A stretch of DNA of 64,000 nucleotides. Source: Minisyncoccota bacterium. GTDB lineage: Bacteria; Patescibacteriota; Minisyncoccia; Phycocordibacterales; UBA5272. The DNA lies in assembly GCA_046350775.1 (NCBI GenBank), contig JAXLZS010000001.1:416342-480341 (forward strand), given 5' to 3'. Made by a program: the position numbers and the translations under genes. Every line of letters starts with the position of its first letter. Position 1 is the stretch's first letter. Positions 59,433 to 64,000 of the stretch are shown piece after piece. The notes beneath the pieces were generated by a model that saw only the letters and a program-made list of their open reading frames with translations, was not told the origin of the DNA and did not search any database.

Positions 59433-60664
59433 ATAATTATCTTTACAAATTTCTTTTTACCAACCTTGAAGATACCAGCAAAAACTTTGACTTTGTAATC
59501 AGTCAGAGTTTTTTCTTCTATTGATTCACCATCTTTTATTATTTCTTTTATAGAATTCGTTTCTACCAACCTTTTCCATTCTGACTTAGATTTTACAAAA
59601 TCATTTTGAGTGATTATCTCACCTAATTCTTTTTCTTTATCTTCTTCTTTTACTATTATTTCAAAAATATCTTCTGGGATTCCACCTTTTTGAAAAGCTT
59701 CAATAAAGCTATTTTCAGCTCTGGCTGCGGCTTGTTCTCCATGATAAATCTCTACTATAGCCTTTGCTAGTTTTATTTTTAAATCTCTAGGATTATTATT
59801 TTTATCTGACAAAAATCTTTCAGCTTCTTCAAGTTCTTCTTTTGTAGCATCTGTACAAAGCTTCATATATTTTACAATCAACCCATCACGCATAGACATG
59901 ATTTTGCCAAACATATCTCCTGGCTCATCGACGATAGATATGATATTTCCTTGAGATGTACTCATCTTGTCACCATTGGTACCCTCAAGCATCTCACAAG
60001 TTATAATGTGCTGCTTTTTCATATCACTAAAATCTTGAATTATACGGCCCGCTTTCAAATTAAAAAGTTGATCAAATCCACCAATCTCAACATCAGATCT
60101 GACAGCCACAGAGTCATACCCTTGCATTATTGGGTATAAAAACTCGCGAAGTGATATTTCTTTTCCACTTTCAAATCTGTCTTTAAAATTTCTACGAGCA
60201 AGCATCTGTTGCACAGTAAAACATTCTGCTAATTTTATTAGCTCTCCAAATGTTAATCTTCCGAGCCAGTCATTGTTGTAAACAAATTCTGTCTTTGAGA
60301 GATCTAGTATTTTACCGATCTGATTTTTATAATCTTTTAGATTTTCATCTATTTGAGCACGTGTCAGCATTGGACGCTTATCACTCTTATCAGAAGCATC
60401 ACCAATCTGAGCCGTAAAATCTCCTATTATCAAAACTATTTGATGGCCAAGTTTTTGAAATTCTCTTATCTTTCTTATTGGTACAGCTCTACCTAGATGA
60501 ATTTTTGGTCCAGTAGGATCGATGCCAAATTTTATTCTTAATTGTGTACCACTCATTAAATCTTTTTTCAATTCTTCTTTATCAATAATATCTTCAACAT
60601 TTCTCTCTAATAAATTATTGATCTTTTCCTCATCTGTTATTATTTTTGTGTTTTTGATAGCCAT
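59429..60664 (-). CDS. tyrS: tyrosyl-tRNA synthetase
   Basis: GIDPTGPKIHLGRA (HIGH-like), KMSTS (KMSKS-like) and a C-terminal S4-like domain. Confidence 0.8.
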   Translation of the reverse strand: MAIKNTKIITDEEKINNLLERNVEDIIDKEELKKDLMSGTQLRIKFGIDPTGPKIHLGRAVPIRKIREFQKLGHQIVLIIGDFTAQIGDASDKSDKRPMLTRAQIDENLKDYKNQIGKILDLSKTEFVYNNDWLGRLTFGELIKLAECFTVQQMLARRNFKDRFESGKEISLREFLYPIMQGYDSVAVRSDVEIGGFDQLFNLKAGRIIQDFSDMKKQHIITCEMLEGTNGDKMSTSQGNIISIVDEPGDMFGKIMSMRDGLIVKYMKLCTDATKEELEEAERFLSDKNNNPRDLKIKLAKAIVEIYHGEQAAARAENSFIEAFQKGGIPEDIFEIIVKEEDKEKELGEIITQNDFVKSKSEWKRLVETNSIKEIIKDGESIEEKTLTDYKVKVFAGIFKVGKKKFVKIII

Positions 60665-60737
60665 ATATTTAACATTATACGATTATATCATAATGATTTA
60701 TGATAAACTATACTTATAAAATAATCAAATTAAAAAA

Positions 60738-62921
60738 ATGAACCATATAAATCACCACATAAACAAACCCTCTCACAGCAGCACAAGCACCGGCCACCAC
60801 CATAAAAAAAAGTCTAAAAAGCAAAAAATATATAAAATTATAAGAAATGCGGTGTTGATAATTATTGGTCTTTTTTTGATTGGAGCTGCGGTTTTGGCTT
60901 TTTATATATCAACTATCACAATACCTGACTTTTCAAATTTTGCAAACAGGAGAATTGATAACTCCACTCAATTGTATGACAGGACTGGCGAAATACTACT
61001 TTATGATGTACATAGTAATGTAAAAAGGACTCAAATTTCTGGAGATAAAATTTCTCCTTATATAAAAAAAGCTACAATTGCTATCGAAGATAAATATTTT
61101 TATAGTCATCATGGTATACGACCAACTTCAATATTGAGAGCTTTGATTGCTAATATAAAAGCTGGATCTTTTGTTCAAGGTGGATCAACTATTGATCAAC
61201 AGCTCATTAAAAATGCATTATTAACTCAAGATAAAAGTATAATTCGTAAAGTCACTGAGTGGGCTATGGCCATAAAACTAGACACCCAAGTCTCAAAAGA
61301 CGACATTTTGACAATGTATCTTAACGAATCATCCTATGGGGGAAATATTTATGGTGTAGAGACTGCTGCTCAATATTTTTTTGGTATGCACGCTAGTGAT
61401 ATAAGTCTCGCTCAGTCAGCATATTTGGCAGCTCTACCAAATGCACCATCATACTATTCACCTTATGGAAATCATGTGTCTGAGCTAGACGCAAGAAAAA
61501 ATTTAATACTAAGAGAACTATATAATCAAAATTTAATATCTGGAGATGAGTATCAAAAAGCTTTAAATGAAAAAGTTGTTTGGCAAAAAAATGCTACAGA
61601 AGGAAAAGCTTTGCATTTTGTGTTTTTTGTTAGAGGTTATTTAGAGAACAAATACGGAAAAGATGTGGTAGATAAGGGAGGATTAAAAGTTGTCACAACT
61701 ATTGATTATGACTTACAATCACAAGCAGAGAGTATCGTTAAAAAATATGCATTAGAAAATGCTAAAAAATATCATGCTACAAACGCAGGTCTTGTGACTA
61801 TAGATGTAAAAACCGGTCAAATATTAACAATGGTTGGATCTCGTGATTATTTTGATAATGAAATACCAGGCAATTTTAATGTGACGACTGCTCTACGCCA
61901 GCCAGGATCATCTTTTAAACCTATAGTATACGCTACCGCTTTTATGGATGGATATACTCCATCTACTGTTATTTTTGATGTACCTACAGAATTTAGTACT
62001 ACATGTGATCCAGAAGGAAATCCTTTACCAGGATATACAAATTCAAAATGTTATTCACCAGAAAACTATGATGGTAAATTTAGAGGTCCTGTGACAATTA
62101 AAAACGCACTCGCTCAATCTTTAAATATTCCAGCAGTAAAAACTTTATATTTGGCTGGTGTAAAAAATTCTATAGAGACAGCACAAAAAATGGGTATAAC
62201 TAGTCTTGATCCAAAAGGAGACTATGGTCTGTCATTAGTTCTTGGATCTGGTGAGGTATCACTACTTCAAATGACAAATGCTTATGCTGTTTTTGGTAAT
62301 CAAGGAAATTATAACCCTACATCATTTATTTTATCTGTCACAGATAAGGACGGTAATGTCTTAGAAAAATTTAACCAAAATACTTCTTCTGTTTTACCAA
62401 GCTACATAGCTGATGAAATAAATGATATTCTTTCTGACAATAAAGCCAGGACACCCCTTTACGGTCCAAATTCAGGCCTTTATTTTGGAGATAGACCTGT
62501 AGCTGACAAGACAGGTACAACAAATAGCTATCGTGATACCTGGACAATAGGATACACACCCTCTATAGCTGTCGGTGTCTGGGCAGGAAATAATGACAAT
62601 ACTCCAATCAATAAACAATTATCTGGAATGATAGCTGTGCCAATGTGGAATGAATTCATGAATTATGCTTTAAAAGATAAACCTATAGAGCAATTCGTAT
62701 CCCCAGATCCTACTCTTGTAAATTCAAACATAAAAAATCTTCCGCCAGTTAAGGGTATTTATTGCTACAATGATGGAGGAATAAATTATAGCTACTCAAT
62801 ACTTCCAGAGAATGACTCTCAATATATTTTATGGAAGATTCCTGCTGACAACTGGGTACAAAATAATGGATGCCCTTTTGTTAATACAAATCAAACCACC
62901 GCTCCTATAATTATAAATTAG
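60738..62921 (+). CDS. class A penicillin-binding protein (PBP1A; glycosyltransferase GT51 + transpeptidase)
   Basis: GT51 motifs (EDKYFYSHHGI, GGSTIDQQL), transpeptidase SSFKP (SxxK) and KTGTT. N-terminal His-rich tail plus TM. Confidence 0.85.
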   Translation: MNHINHHINKPSHSSTSTGHHHKKKSKKQKIYKIIRNAVLIIIGLFLIGAAVLAFYISTITIPDFSNFANRRIDNSTQLYDRTGEILLYDVHSNVKRTQISGDKISPYIKKATIAIEDKYFYSHHGIRPTSILRALIANIKAGSFVQGGSTIDQQLIKNALLTQDKSIIRKVTEWAMAIKLDTQVSKDDILTMYLNESSYGGNIYGVETAAQYFFGMHASDISLAQSAYLAALPNAPSYYSPYGNHVSELDARKNLILRELYNQNLISGDEYQKALNEKVVWQKNATEGKALHFVFFVRGYLENKYGKDVVDKGGLKVVTTIDYDLQSQAESIVKKYALENAKKYHATNAGLVTIDVKTGQILTMVGSRDYFDNEIPGNFNVTTALRQPGSSFKPIVYATAFMDGYTPSTVIFDVPTEFSTTCDPEGNPLPGYTNSKCYSPENYDGKFRGPVTIKNALAQSLNIPAVKTLYLAGVKNSIETAQKMGITSLDPKGDYGLSLVLGSGEVSLLQMTNAYAVFGNQGNYNPTSFILSVTDKDGNVLEKFNQNTSSVLPSYIADEINDILSDNKARTPLYGPNSGLYFGDRPVADKTGTTNSYRDTWTIGYTPSIAVGVWAGNNDNTPINKQLSGMIAVPMWNEFMNYALKDKPIEQFVSPDPTLVNSNIKNLPPVKGIYCYNDGGINYSYSILPENDSQYILWKIPADNWVQNNGCPFVNTNQTTAPIIIN

Positions 62922-62934
62922 TATAATTAATACC

Positions 62935-63201
62935 TTATATAAAAATCTTATAATTTAGATCTTTATTTACTTTATTTTCCAAATCTTTTTCTAAAAATTT
63001 ATTTTTTAATATAAATTTACTACTAGATCCTAAATTAATAATAGAAATATTTTTATCTTTTTGATTAATTTTAATATTCTCCTTTTTAATTTCAAGATTT
63101 ACTTCCTTTTTAATCAAATCTATAATTTTATTTTCTATTTCATTTTTAGAACTAATCTTAGATTTATATTTTAAAAATAAATCCTGTATATTATTTATCA
63201 T
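62935..63201 (-). CDS. hypothetical low-complexity protein
   Basis: 88 aa, K/N/I-rich. Possibly not expressed. Confidence 0.2.
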   Translation of the reverse strand: MINNIQDLFLKYKSKISSKNEIENKIIDLIKKEVNLEIKKENIKINQKDKNISIINLGSSSKFILKNKFLEKDLENKVNKDLNYKIFI

Positions 63202-63225
63202 AAAATAGTAAATAGACTTATTTTT

Positions 63226-64000
63226 TTATTTATTTAATGGCATTAAAAGATAAGTAAAGCTTTCATCATTTAAATCTTTTATAAATACAGGCTTATTACT
63301 TGTTGTAAAAAACAATTCTACCTCATCACTACCAATATGGGATAATCCATCTAAAAAATAATTACTATTATAGCTAGCACCAATATCTTCACCCACACCA
63401 TCCAAAATAGATATTTCTTTTTCAAGAGATCCTATCTTATCATTTTTTGATTTTGATTTAATTAATTTATTTTCAATATCTATATCTATGTCTATATATG
63501 AATAATTATTCACAAAAATAGTAGATAAATTAAGGATATTTTTCAATTCATTTTTATTAACTGTTATTTTTGTATCAAAGTTTTTTGGAAAAAGTTGTTT
63601 ATAGTCAGGAAAATTTCCATTAATAGATCTAATGGCTAATGAAATATTTTCATTTTGAATTGTTAAAATATTTTCATTATTATAAAGCTCTATTTCTTCC
63701 ACTTCTTCTTCTAAAATACCTTCCAATATAGAAATCTTTTCATTAATATTTTTTTGAGAAATTAAAATATTAATATCTTCAGAATTGTTATTAAACACTA
63801 CTTTTTTTTCTGCCAATCTAAAAGAGTCTGTTGCAACAGAAAATAATTCTCTGTTTTTTGAATATAAATAAACAGATGATATTTCTGGCTTTATTTCAGA
63901 TGAAGCCGCACAAAATGAGACAGATCTTATAAGATTAATATAGGTCTTTAAATTTATATTAGTTAAAAAATGTCCAGCTTTTGGTATTTTTGGAAAATCT
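63226..64000 (-). CDS. dnaN: DNA polymerase III beta sliding clamp, C-terminal portion (runs off window end; the listed ORF start is an internal TTG)
   Basis: C-terminal ...NSNYFLDGLSHIGSDEVELFFTTSNKPVFIKDLNDESFTYLLMPLNK matches the DnaN end. The reading frame stays open up to position 64000. Confidence 0.65.
   Translation of the reverse strand, partial: DFPKIPKAGHFLTNINLKTYINLIRSVSFCAASSEIKPEISSVYLYSKNRELFSVATDSFRLAEKKVVFNNNSEDINILISQKNINEKISILEGILEEEVEEIELYNNENILTIQNENISLAIRSINGNFPDYKQLFPKNFDTKITVNKNELKNILNLSTIFVNNYSYIDIDIDIENKLIKSKSKNDKIGSLEKEISILDGVGEDIGASYNSNYFLDGLSHIGSDEVELFFTTSNKPVFIKDLNDESFTYLLMPLNK

Noticed and set aside
1-64000. CRISPR arrays
   Set aside because: No short direct repeats separated by uniform spacers were seen anywhere in the window.

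Overview
AT-rich (~28-30% GC) genome with short, densely packed genes and few Shine-Dalgarno-like leaders, consistent with a reduced-genome bacterium of the Patescibacteria/CPR type (inference). The window is mostly housekeeping. Aminoacyl-tRNA synthetases: ileS with a T-box leader, argS, tyrS, and a metG broken by about 8 frameshifts. Thymidine metabolism and other housekeeping: tmk, thyA, dCMP/TadA-type deaminase, nadK, guaC. The secE-nusG-rplK block, rplS and rpsT. DNA replication/repair: polA, holA-like, recO, ruvA, ruvB, ruvC, ruvX, mutM and a partial dnaN. PBP1A, a Mur ligase and a lone PilB/GspE ATPase. Eight tRNAs: His, Leu, Val, Arg x2, Ser, Lys. Standard genetic code fits: long ORFs are intact and there is no in-frame UGA pattern.

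Features that stand out:
(1) A ~3.9 kb integrative element inserted exactly at the 3' end of tRNA-Val (22202..26101). It encodes a large serine recombinase and an unknown cargo protein of about 480 aa that carries an A-run frameshift. An internal 362-bp GC-rich, hairpin-dense segment is an inverted copy of the two element termini, so the excised circle would carry a pair of 362-bp inverted repeats, each holding a quasi-palindromic att-like core (a 2-micron-plasmid-like flip-flop layout).
(2) A three-gene operon (56213..58526): a thymidylate-synthase paralog with the Asn->Asp switch typical of cytosine-specific hydroxymethylases, a LOG-family nucleotide N-glycosidase-like protein and a SAM methyltransferase. 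This resembles bacimethrin / 5-hydroxymethylpyrimidine antimetabolite pathways.
(3) An IleRS carrying a complete histidine-phosphatase (PGAM-like, RHG...HGG) domain inserted between the CP1/core segment and the DLHRP region.
(4) A tandem family of three secreted/lipoproteins sharing a ~38-aa repeat, next to a giant Cys-repeat/FN3 surface protein.
(5) A 33-bp direct repeat bracketing a single-gene cassette next to tRNA-His.
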